From assembly GCF_036365525.1 (NCBI RefSeq), contig NC_090386.1:81800797-81864796 (forward strand): a stretch of 64,000 nt of DNA, in the 5' to 3' direction. Shown piece by piece: positions 48,901-59,800 of the stretch (positions are counted from its first letter, which is position 1; every line of letters starts with the position of its first letter). Made by a program: the position numbers and the translations under genes. This DNA comes from Heterodontus francisci (Eukaryota). Under the pieces are notes generated by a model. The model was given only the letters and a program-made list of their open reading frames with translations. It searched no databases and was not told the origin of the DNA.

Positions 48901-49770
48901 CCTATATCAACCCACACCTGGTCAGCCAAATATTCCACCTCCCCTATATGTTGAAGGAGAGACTTTGGAATATGTTGAGCACTTCACATATGTTGGCAGC
49001 CGCCTTTCTCAAAAGGCCACCACTGATGAGCGATCCAAAAACGGATCAGCTGCATCAGCTCAGCCTTCTACAAACTACAGCAGCGAGTCTTTGACAACAA
49101 AGACCTCCGCAAGTTAACAAAAGTCCTAGTGTACAGAGCAGTTGTTGTCACCATACTCCTGTACAGCAATGGGACCTGGACTGTGTATCAGCAACACATG
49201 AGATCGCTAGAGAAATTCCATCAGGAATGTCTCTGCTGCATCCTCCGGATTCAATGGGAGGACTATCAAACAAACACTAGTGTCCTTCTTGATAACAGCT
49301 TCACAAGCATTCAGGCAAAACTCCTGCAAAACCAACTTTGATGGACTGGACACTGCGTCCGGATGGCTGAAAATCATCTCCCCCTCCAGTTTTCTCAACT
49401 CCCAAATGGTCAGTGTCCGGGGAGGACAAAGAAAATGCTTCAAAGACACTATGAAGCTCTTTTTGAAGCACAGTCAGCATTGACATTGGTGACTGGGAGA
49501 AGCTTGCTACCAATCGTTCAAAATGGAGACAACTTGTTCATCAAACTGCATCATGCTTTGAGTCCAAACGCCTTAATGATGAAGCAGAGCGGCACAGAGA
49601 AGGAAAGAAAAGGAAGCAAATCCTGTATTCCGGATCCCACCACCTCGTGGGATGTCCTGCCCCATGTGCTCAAAGATCTGCGGGTTGAGAATCGGCCTGT
49701 TCAGTCACCTGGAGACCCATGGCAGAAACTAGTGACCATGAGTCGACATCACCCAGTCGACGAACCCACT
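45940..49770 (+). mobile_element. RTE-clade (BovB/Expander-like) LINE, near full length, decayed, inside a non-autonomous DNA element (about 45529-50140)
   Basis: RTE-type 5' UTR (CACCACCTTGGTGTGGTGGAGAGACTTGCG). APE motifs RRTAIISCELSRLQIDIATLSE, YAPT, LILLGD and TWRHPRSK. RT motifs GNYRGISILSIAAK, ETQCGF, LTKAFDSV, QGCVIAP and LQFMDD. C-terminal CPMC..H motif. Confidence 0.93.
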
Positions 49771-50329
49771 TTGTCCAATCGCAACCAGAGCTTCTCCTCT
49801 CACCGATTGTGACAAGATCTCCCTGCCCATGATTGCGAACAAACTCCCCTCCCACTCCAGATCCCACCAGAATTCCCCCTCCGCCCCAATTATAGCGAGA
49901 TCCTCCCATTCCCCTGATCGTGGTCATATCCTACTCTTTGAACACAGTAAAACCTCCCACTGACTCCTGGCAAGTGTGCCCACGGGCCCCTGGCTGTGGC
50001 CTCTTGCTACATGTTAGTGCTTCTGCCCGCTGGCTAAGCTGCCAATTTGGTCAACTGCAGGGCTGTCAAGTCCCCAGCCTTGCTGGGTTTTCCCTGCACT
50101 CCATTGGCACCTGCCCACAAACCCATTAATTTCAGAGCTCATTCTGTAAAATGGGCACTGTGTGATCTCGTTTCTAAGCCAGAGTGTGTGACTAGCTAGA
50201 AAGATGTGGGATAGGCAGGCGAAAGGGAGAAGGTGCTTGATAGATGGGGTAACATCATGGTGGTATGATGGTCTGTACCCTTGTCTCCTTTTGTCTTATG
50301 CTTGTATCATGTATGCCAATGAACCATCT

Positions 50330-50570
50330 CTTGTTTTCTATTTACGCACTTTACAGGAAATTTTATTTATTTTCTTTTGCTATGTGAGTGTGTTCGTACC
50401 CCACCCACCCCAGTTCCCCCTGTGCTGCTCCTTTATAAAGTCCCATTCATCTGTAATATCTTCCAGTTCTGACTTAGAGCTCACACACTCAGACCTTATC
50501 TTGTTTGTACTTTCCACAGATGCAGCTTCACCTGATGAGTGTTCACAGTAGTTTCTGCTTTTGTTTCACC
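50330..50570 (+). mobile_element. Old Penelope terminal fragment
   Basis: TCCAGTTCTGA...TTTCCACAGATGCAGCTTCACCTGATGAGTGTT..TTTCTGCTTTTGTTTCA. Confidence 0.55.
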
Positions 50571-50689
50571 AAATTAAAAGGCTCTGTGGGGGAAAGCAAC
50601 ATAAAATTTGACTCATTTGACTGAAAATCAAATGACTGTCCAGGACTATTCATCGATAAAGCTGAGATTTCTATGTAAAGTTACAGTGT

Positions 50690-51467
50690 GTCTGAAATTT
50701 TACATCCCCCCCCCCCCCTCAAAGAGCAGGAAGATGGCGGGGTGGGGGTGAGGGGGCGTAAAATGGAATGGGCAGTGGCAGTGAGATAAGGCCCGCTCGC
50801 CCCAGGCCAATCAAGACCCTTAAGTGGCCACTTAATGGCCACTTAAGGGGCTCTGCCCACTGCCACAGGGACTTTACCCATGGCTAGTTGGGAGGCCCAG
50901 CCCAAGAAAAGCCACCTAGCAAAAGCACCTGTGCCCGATGGAGGACTGTCCCCGCTGCCCCAACCATCCCCAACACCCAACACGCCCCTGTCCCCCCAAT
51001 CGATCACCCTGCTTCGCCGGGGTCATGACCGATCACCCTGGGCGAGGCAACAAAAACTTATCTTGGTTCCGGAGTTCCCCGACATCTTCTTTGTGGAATA
51101 AAAACAAGAAATGCTGGAAATACTCAGCAGGTCTGGCAGCATCTGTGCAGAGAGAAGCAGAGTTAACGTTTCATGTCAGAGACCCTTCTTCAAGAACCCT
51201 TCTTTGTGAAGCTGGGCTGCAGTCCTAGCAGTGGCCACCACTCCCAGTGGCGCTGCTGGGACTAGGAGCTGCCAGCCTGCTGATTGGCCAGCAGCTCCAT
51301 TAGGCGGGACTTCCTGCCTCAAGCGGGTGAAAGTCCTGCCTCAGAACAATTTAAAGGCTGGAGAACCGCAAAATGGGGTTCAGATCCCCAGGCCAGGCGG
51401 AAGCGGGTTCGCCACCAACTTTTCAGTTGGTGGACAACTCCCATCCGCCGAGGGAAAAATCCTGGCC
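50690..51467 (+). mobile_element. Non-autonomous Harbinger-like element with a Penelope tail inserted at 51097-51198
   Basis: Termini GTCTGAAATTTTA and AAAATCCTGGCC. Homologous to 27737-28298. Confidence 0.7.
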
Positions 51468-52671
51468 ACAGTCCTTCCTCTGATGAATCTCTCTGTTGGA
51501 ATGTTTTTACAATGGAATCAGTCAAATTAATCCAGATTTTAATCCCCAATTTATCAGTATGCTTATCCTTAGGGAAGAATTTATTATCCAAGCTAGGTGA
51601 TGCACTGCATTTCTCCAGGATTCTGAAGTATGCTTTGTTCACCTATGTTATATAAGATTTGGACATAACTCAAAGATGACTTTTAAAGATCCCAATTGCA
51701 ATTCTATTTATTTGAAAAACCACAGAGAAGGGCCAAAACCCTTAGTAGAGGACTGAATTTGAAAAGACTAAAAGGGATGAGATAAATTAGTTTGTAATAA
51801 TTAAATATGTTTTGAAAGCCTGAACAATGTAGGAGGACTGTTAGAGTCATGAAATGCAGCTGCCAAGTGCAGTGTGAAACTTCAGTGTTCCAAGATCTCG
51901 GGTGGAATGCGCTTTTCCAGGCTTAGATTCCCAGGGAATCTAAATTGCATTGGGTCTATGCCACACTTAGCCAAGAAGTATTTACCACTGTTATTGGACA
52001 CAGAGTTGAAACCATTCTACATATCACTATTGTCACCTCAATGAGAACAGTAAGAGAAAGCCCATGTGGGGCCCTGATTGGTATGTACCACTCAACACCA
52101 CCACTGCTGCATCATTACCGCAATGTTTTAATTTTATTTTCCAATCACATTACGCATTTTTAGAAAATTTCATGTGATCTTCATCATGACTCTGATTTTA
52201 TTTGTGAGTGTTCCACAGTACAATCAAGTCAGCTAGCTGCAGATGTTTGGGTAAAATCCAATTAGTGCATTAGAAATTTAGTTTTCACTGGAACACAATC
52301 AATTTTAATTCGTTTTACAGTAGACTGCTCTCTCTAATTGTGTGCATCCTCTCTACTGAGTATAGATTTAAGTAAATTACTCCACTGAATGGAAGAAAAT
52401 TGTGCTATTTAGGTTGACAGCCTGCAAAATTAAAGATAGAGAAGGTGTATCTCATTAAATAAAGACATAAAGAACAGATTATGATAAATTTTAGCTATTC
52501 TCCATTAAACAGGATAATGCGTCTGGTTAAAACATTGACAAATTATGGCATGCTACATTTGGCTTTTCCAATCCTTCATATAACGCATTAAAATTTCTCC
52601 CGCGTTAACTGTTGCACTGCTGGTAGCACTTCCAAATAGAATTCATCCCATTTATTATGCTACTCAGTAAA

Positions 52672-52822
52672 GTATTACAGAATCACAGAATAATACAGTG
52701 CAGAAGAGGCCCTTCGGCCCATCGAGTCTGCACCGATGCATTAAAACACCTGACCTGTCTACCTAATCCCATTTGCTAGCACTTGGCCCATAGCCTTGAA
52801 TGTTATGACGTGCCAAGTGCTC
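52672..52822 (-). mobile_element. CR1/HER1-type 3' tail fragment
   Basis: ACAGTGCAGAAGAGGCCCTTCGGCCCATCGAGTCTGCACC is the reverse complement of the HE1/CR1 tail. Confidence 0.75.
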
Positions 52823-53064
52823 AGAAAGCCAAACTTATTAATTAATTGAATTTAAATTCCACCAGCTGTTATGGTGGGATTTGAACCCATGTCCCCAGAG
52901 GATTAGACTGGGCTCTGGATTACAAGCACAGTGACATTTCTACTACACCATTATCACCTCATGATAATCACCTATTATATAGTTACAACTGGACAAAAAG
53001 GGACAGGCTGAAATGTTACCAATCTAAGCCCAGCTGACTGCTGGCAGTTACGGGGAAAACCTAT

Positions 53065-53188
53065 AAGTAAGAGATACAGACCCTTAGAAAATAGGCGACA
53101 TGTTTAGATAGAGGATCTGGATCGGCACAGGCTTGGAGGGCCGAAGGGCCTGTTCCTGTGCTGTAATTTTCTTTGTTCTTTGTTCTTT
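53065..53188 (+). mobile_element. CR1-type tail insertion ending in (TTCTTTG)n
   Basis: GGCACAGGCTTGGAGGGCCGAAGGGCCTGTTCCTGTGCTGTA followed by a short tandem tail. It interrupts the gag-protease frame. Confidence 0.75.
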
Positions 53189-53872
53189 GGTCTTTAGTCA
53201 GGGTACACCAGACCAGTGCAGAAAAAGGGACCCTGATGGAAAGCACAGCAGACCAGGCTGTGGCTCTAACTGTGGCAGTAAAACCCAGTAAACCTACCGC
53301 TGAGAGTGAAAGAACACTTAACAAAATCCCTGCAAGTTACCAAGATTTTGTGTCCAGAGGAAAAGTGACTCCATACCCCTTGAGTGAGGCAGGTAAGCCC
53401 ATAGTCATACTTAGTGATACAGGGCCCACCCAATCCCTTCTGCTGGGAAAAGGCATGACCTTTCCTCAGACAGTGCATTGAATGCTAGAGTGCTAGAAAA
53501 TGGTACCGGAGGAAAGTATATGCCCAAATCTTTATACCAGTGCGACTTTGCTTCAGGACCGGTAACCGTGGGGATTGTCCATAGTTTACCTGTGGGCGGG
53601 GTTGACCTGCTCCTGGGTAATGATCTGGCGGGGGCAAAGGTTGTAGCTTCCCCAGTGGTTTAGAGAGACCGAAAGAGGTCAGGGAGACAGAGCAGTTACA
53701 GGAAAAGGTCCCTGGCATTTTTCCTGATTGTGTGGTGACTCGGTCTACGGCCAAACAAACTCCGTCAGAGGAGACTGAACTGGCACTGCAGACAGATGAC
53801 CCTGCTGTCTAGTTATCTGAAACCTTCTTTGGGAATTTAGAGGACCCAAAGGATGGGTTAAACAGGTCTTCA

Positions 53873-55062
53873 TTGGCCGAGGCTCAGCAAGCTGACCCAG
53901 GGTTAAAGAAGTCAGCACAGACTACCCAAACTGAAGCTGAAGCAGAGGGAGTTCCAGAGTGCAACTATTTAAAGGATGAGGTGTTGATGAGGAAGTGGAG
54001 ACCTCCTCACAGACCTGCAGATGAAGAGTGGATTGTGGTTCACCAGGGAGTGGTGCTGCCGAGGTACTGTAAGGAAATATTGAGAATAGCCCACGAGATT
54101 CCAATGACTGGACACGTCGGTATCAGAAAAACCCAAGCCCGCATAAGACAATATTTTCACTGGCCACAACTGCACAAGGATATGGTGGAGTTCTGTAAAA
54201 CTTGCCACACTTGCCAGGTTGTGGGGAAGCCTCAACCTGCAATAAAATCTGCACCCCAATTCCCATGTGAACATGCAAATATATGAATTAGGAGCAGGAG
54301 TAGGCCACTCGGCCCCTCGAGCCTGCTCCACCATTCAACAAGATCATGGCTGATCTGACTGTAACCTCAACTCCACATTCTCACCTATCCCTGAGAACCT
54401 TTTATCCCCTTGCTTATCAAGAATCTATATATCTCTGCCTGAAAAATATTCAAAGACTCTGTTTCCATCGCCTTTTGAGGAAGAGAGTTCCAAAGACTCA
54501 TGACCGTCTGAGAGGAAAAAATTTCTCCTCATCTCTCTCTTAAATGGGTGACCCCTTATTTTTAAACAGTAACTCCTAGTTCTAGATTCTGTCACAAGAA
54601 GAAACATCCTTTCCATATTCACCCTGTCAAGAACCTTCAGGATCAATCAAATCGCCTCTTACTCTTCTAAACTTCAGTGGATACAAGTCCAACCTTTCCT
54701 CATAAGACAACCCGCCCATTCCAGGTATTAATCTGGCCAACATTCTCTGAAGGGTTTCCAAAGCATTTACATCCTTCCTTCAATAAGGAAACCAATAATG
54801 TACGCACTGCCCTGTATAACTGAAGCATAACCTCCCTACTTTTGTATTCAATACTGGCTGTTAGGAAACCATTCAACAGAGTGCTGGTAGATTGTGTGCG
54901 GCCCCTTCTGGAAACAAAAGGAAGCTACCAGTACCTTCTGTGGTACTTCTAACTATTATGGATGTGGCTACCTGATTTCCAGAGGCTATTCCTCTAAGAA
55001 CTATCTCTGCCAAGGTAGTGGTGGAGGGGCTAACCCAATTCTTCCCCCGATATGGGCTGCCT
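53873..55062 (+). pseudogene. Integrase remnant (zinc finger and start of the catalytic core)
   Basis: AHEIPMTGHVGIRKT...CKTCHTCQ. After the CR1 insert it continues PFNRVLVDCVRPL..TIMDVAT.FPEAIPLRTISAKVVVEGLTQFFPRYGLP. Confidence 0.9.
54268..54852 (-). mobile_element. CR1 3' fragment inserted in the integrase
   Basis: ILKVLDRVNMERMFLLVTESRTRSYCLKIRGHPFKREMRRNFF. Collinear with 40550-41160. Confidence 0.9.
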
Positions 55063-55149
55063 GAGGATGAGTTAGAGGGAGGCCTGGAAGATTCCCAAAT
55101 TGAACCCCCTACTGTCTGGTTAGCTAACACTAAAATGTTAGGGAAATTA

Positions 55150-56263
55150 GACATCGTACCCTCCTATTTAAATGCAGAAAAGAGAGGAGACCTAACAAGG
55201 CTGCTCACAGCATTTAAAGGGATCTGCAGGGACAAACCAGGGTGCACAACCTTAACTCTACCCGATGTGGATGTAGGAGAGACTCCTCCCATAAAACAAA
55301 ATCCCTATCACTTAGGTCCCAGGAAACAGACCCAGGTTCAGGAGGAAATTCAGTATATGCTGGAGCACAAGCTGACTGAGCCCAGTCAGAGCAGTTGGAG
55401 TTCTCCAGTTGTGCTGGTACGCAAACCCAATGGCTCAACAAGGCCCTGCATTGATTACAGAAGGATTAATGAAGTGATCAGATCTGATTCCTACCCAATT
55501 CTCCACGGGAAGACTGCATAAATAGAGTAGGAAACGCCACTTACATAACCAATAGACTTGTTAAAAGGGTACTGGACAGGTTCCCTTAACCACTGAGCTA
55601 AAGAGATCTCTGCTTTTGTCACCCCAGATGGTGAGTATTGCCCAGAGAAGCAAAGATACAGGCGATTTTCCTGTCCCCACGACCAAACAGGAAATAATGC
55701 GATTTTTGGGGATGTGTGGGTTTTACCGCAAGTTTGTCCCATACGTCAGCGCTATAGTCACCCCACCTACAGACTTATTACAGAAAAAAGCAGAGGTAGT
55801 GTGGTCAGGGAGGTGCCAAACAGCTTTCGGGAGGCTGAAAGCCATCTTAACCAATGAGCTGGTGCTGGCAGCTCCAAACTTTAACAAACCATTTGAAGTG
55901 GCAGTTGATGCTAGTGACCTAGGGATAGGTGCTGTCCTGCTCCAAAATGATGAGTTAGGCATTGAGAGACCAGATGGGTATTTCTCCAAAAAATTAAACA
56001 AACATCAAAGGAGATACTCTAGTGTGGAGAAGGAACCCCCGGGACTGTTGCTAGCTCTCAAAGCTTTTGAGGTTTATGTCCAAAATGGATATAGAGAGAC
56101 CGTAGCTTATGCCGACCACAATCCTTTGACCTTTATAGAGAAATTCAAAACCCATAATGCAAGGCTTTTACATTGGAGCCTTCTTCTGCAACCTTACCAC
56201 CTAAAGATTATCCACATTGCAGGGAAAAACAATGTGAAAGCTGATGCTTTATCTAGGGTTTAG
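55150..56263 (+). pseudogene. pol: RT (internally deleted) and RNase H remnant
   Basis: PIKQNPY..SSWSSPVVLVRKPNGSTRPCIDYRRIN..DLLKGYW..AFVTPDG, then RFLGMCGFYRKFV..VAVDASDLGIGAVL..YSSVEKE..DHNPL..NVKADALSRV. The YxDD region is missing. Confidence 0.9.
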
Positions 56264-56418
56264 CTCAGCTCAGAACCATCCCGGATATAAAAGAAAACTG
56301 AACCAGAGCATGGCTGTGACAATGAGGCTGATGAGTGTGTGTGTACAGTTTCTTTTTAATTTGCGACCTCATAATTAAATGCTGCTATCGTCACATTTCA
56401 CTTCACGTGGTGGGGAGG

Positions 56419-57520
56419 TGTCAAGCCAGTGTTCTTTGTTGAATGATAATTTTCTTTAATCCACTGACTGGACATCTGAATATATATTTTTTGAAGAAAT
56501 TTAAGAGAGAACAGCTAAAAGGATGACTTTGCTGACAGCTTAGGATGGTTACCTAATTTGCAACACTGTATTCTACATTGCAAGAGCTGTGAGGAGTGAG
56601 AAAAAATGACTGCTCATCCCAGCAAGAGCCAAGATTTTCCCATCCCCATGTCCAAACGGGAAATAATGCGATTTTTGGGGATGTGTGGGTTTTACTGTAA
56701 GTTTGTCCCAAACTTAAGCACTATAGCCCGCCCACTTACAGACTTATTACAGAAAAAAGCAAAGGTAGTGTAGTCAGGAAAGTTTAAGCGAACTACCTGT
56801 TCTTTTTAGCAAGAAAAGAAACACTGCTACCATGTTTGAATCACTTGGTGACTGTAATGTGACAAGTCTCTTCTCATGTGTGGTTTTTAAGCTTGTGCTT
56901 CTCTGCAGCCGAAAGGAGAAGCTTCTGGATGGTGAAATGTGCAGACGCAAGTGGGGGTCCTTCTATCTCTCTCTCTCTCTCTCCATTTCAGCTTACAAAC
57001 TTTGACTCTGACCAACTTTGCAAATTCCAGCTACAATTAGAAACCCTGTTGGATGCAAACATCTGCATCGCTGTCTCCAAGAGACCCACAAAACCAGTCA
57101 TCTACCTCTTCAAACTAAAAGTTTCAGGACCACTGAATTCAGCTTGAAGGCAGCCGAATCACCAAACGTCACAGACTATATACCTTTTGTTATGGACTCT
57201 AACTTAACCAATCTATCTTTCCCCACTCTGCAACCTATTTGTGTGTGTATAAACCTCTAGTGTGTGCGTGAGAGTGCAAGGTGGCGCGTTGTTTATTATT
57301 TTATTGGTTCGGTTTAGGTACAATAAAGTTAACCTCTTTCTTTGTTAACTCAAGAAAACCTGTCCGATTGATTCTTGTTGTGATCATAGCAAGTAAGTAA
57401 TCAAACACTTACTGAATTGGCCAGTACATCCACTTTAAGAAAGAATTAAACCTGTTGTGGTCAAACAGGGAGAGGGCAAAGAGGGGAGCCCTTCGACCTC
57501 TCCTCACCTTGACCGTAACA
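56419..57520 (+). repeat. 3' LTR of the Gmr1-like element
   Basis: Follows the PPT, has TG...CA termini and an AATAAA at about 57322, and is homologous to the solo LTR 19164-20128. Confidence 0.88.
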
Positions 57521-59239
57521 TCAGTCATTTCTTGATGTTCAGAGAGATGGGGTGAAATCATGTCGCATTAAACAAACTGAATGCAACATTTATAAAGCAG
57601 CGGAGAGATCCCAATGGAATGGTAGACCCCTTTTTAAACCCAACTTTGTGCAAGACTAAAGTTATAATTTATTTTGTCAAGTCAAGGCATTGTTAGAAAG
57701 TGTTTGGGACTGATACCTCCTCTGCTGGCATCTTTTCATGTATAAAGTTCCATACAACTAGCTCCTTGTCTTCAAATGATTTCAAAATCCTTGCCTTTAT
57801 ATATAAATCACTTCACGACATTACCTCACCTTACTCCTGCACTCGCCAATAGCTCATGTCCAAGCATGTACTCTCTGCTCTTCCTCTAAACCTATCTCCA
57901 CCTATGCATTTATTAACTCTCTCTAACCCTTCTCCCAAACTCCTGCTTTTTTGTAAAGTGCCTAGGACATTTTGCTAGACAATGGTATAAAACTGCAAGC
58001 TGTTGTTCGTGAATTTGAAGTCAGATACTTTTGAACTAATGCACACCTGACACCACTTTGCATCAATGTGAATGCAACAGTATAACTGCAGCATAAAAAC
58101 ACATTCCATAGAGATTACATTGAGCACATGAAGACCTTGAGATACAGATTACATTAACAAATAAGGATCAATGGAATACAAACTATTTCAACTTCCTCAT
58201 GTTGTTGCATGGATAATTTGGCTACATGGCTTTTTGTCATTTATCCACCCTTCACCCATGATGCCTGGGAACCTTGCTGTTCCTTATGTCTCTGCACCTG
58301 CAGACTATCCAGCTGTATCAATCTGAGGGTCAGTATTGTTCCTCTGCTTTCTTGCTCTCCAGTACATGAAGTTGAGGAATACTATCAGCAGTGGACAGAT
58401 TTATCTCACATTCTACATAAGAAGCAAAAAAAGCCCTATTAAAAAAGAATTATTGCTCCTGTAGTTTTTTTCTTCCCTCCTGGCCTTCACTTGGTCACAA
58501 CTCCATGGTTTGATTGAAATCAAGGTCTTATTCTGTGTGGAATTGAAGGTGCATACCCATGTCACATTACTTGATGGTATTTTACTTGTAATGTTTTCTG
58601 CCTATACAAAACTGTTTATTACAGTAAAATGTTAAGATATTAAGCCATTTCTTATATATTTTGATTTTATTAAAATATTTCTGTCATATGTCCCATGTGT
58701 GATTACATTATCTTCCAATTCAATACATCACCAGTAGGAAGGGATCAGCTGCAGCCAGTTAGATAACAGGTTTTAGGCCCTTGACTTAACATTGCCATCA
58801 GTCTTGTTAAATTAAATCATTGCTGGGTATTTTGCCTTTGCTGGCCACAATTAGGAAACAAAAACTGTAATATGCAAATATTCAAATCAAAATTAATTTG
58901 CATAAAACCAGGCATCATTAGCTGTTCCAGTAGAAGAGAAGGAATTTATGCATTGCAAATTCAGAAAACTGATTTTTCCCAAAATCTAACCCTGATTTAA
59001 TTGGGAAAAGTAAATGCCAAAGACTCTGAAGAATGCAGCTGTACATGTTTAATCCAAAGTATTATGCATAGTTTGAACTTCAGTGTTTAGACTTATTTTC
59101 ACAGTACTCATTACTGCCAGATTCCCTGAGGGCCCAATTCAGATGGATTGTTATGTTCTCTAATTGTCAAATTTCTGTCTTACTTTTGTAACTTGTTGAT
59201 TCCTTCCAGTTTCTATAAATGAAGCTATGCAAAACTTTG

Positions 59240-59800
59240 GCACTTTTCTCATCTGACAGTCAAGCTTTCAACCCAAGATGCATTTTATCACCAAAACTGC
59301 TTATATTCACCTTTGCAATATTGCCCACCTTCACCCTGACTTTATCCAACTACTGCTGTCCATGTTTCTGTCACCTCTAGAATAGTATTCTTCAATATCT
59401 TGCTTGCTGGCCTCCCATCCTCCGCCTCCTTCCATAGCCTTGTCCTGCAGTCAATCCCACTTGGCCATCACCCCATATTCCATTAACTACAAGGCTCCCT
59501 GTCCACCAAACACTATGAATGTAAATGTCTCTTCATGTCTTTTAAGATGTCACCACACCCTATCTCTGTAACTACCTCCAATCTTACATCCCCTCCTGCA
59601 TGCTTCAATTCTCCAACTCAAGACTTTTGTGCATTATCTCTCTCTCTTCATTACACACTGGCAGCAGAGTCTTGGCCCTACTCTCTGGAAAACGTGACCT
59701 AAACTCTCTGGCTTTTCCCTTAGCACTCCACCTTCAAAAACTTTCAAAGCCCATATTTTCCATCATACTTATGGTCATGGTTTCTGGCACTTCCACAGTT
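59240..59800 (+). mobile_element. Old L2-clade LINE 3' fragment
   Basis: Collinear and degenerate relative to 32015-32600 (ACTGCTTAT.TTCACCT..GCAA.AT.GCCCA; CAATTCTCCAACTC..GACT.TTGTGCATT). Confidence 0.6.

Larger units (their letters stand above)
53025..57520 (+). mobile_element. Gmr1-like Gypsy LTR retrotransposon remnant (PR-IN-RT-RH), 5'-truncated
   Basis: In order: gag end ADCWQLRGKP, protease VILSDTGPTQSLL..DLLLGNDL, integrase HHCC and core, RT, RNase H, PPT TGGTGGGGAGG, then the 3' LTR 56419-57520 (TGTCA...GTAACA). Confidence 0.9.

Noticed and set aside
58330-58440. Possible minus-strand terminal exon (acceptor TTTTTTTGCTTCTTATGTAG, peptide CEINLSTADSIPQLHVLESKKAEEQY*)
   Set aside because: No recognisable protein similarity and no partner exons. 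Such acceptors are frequent by chance.
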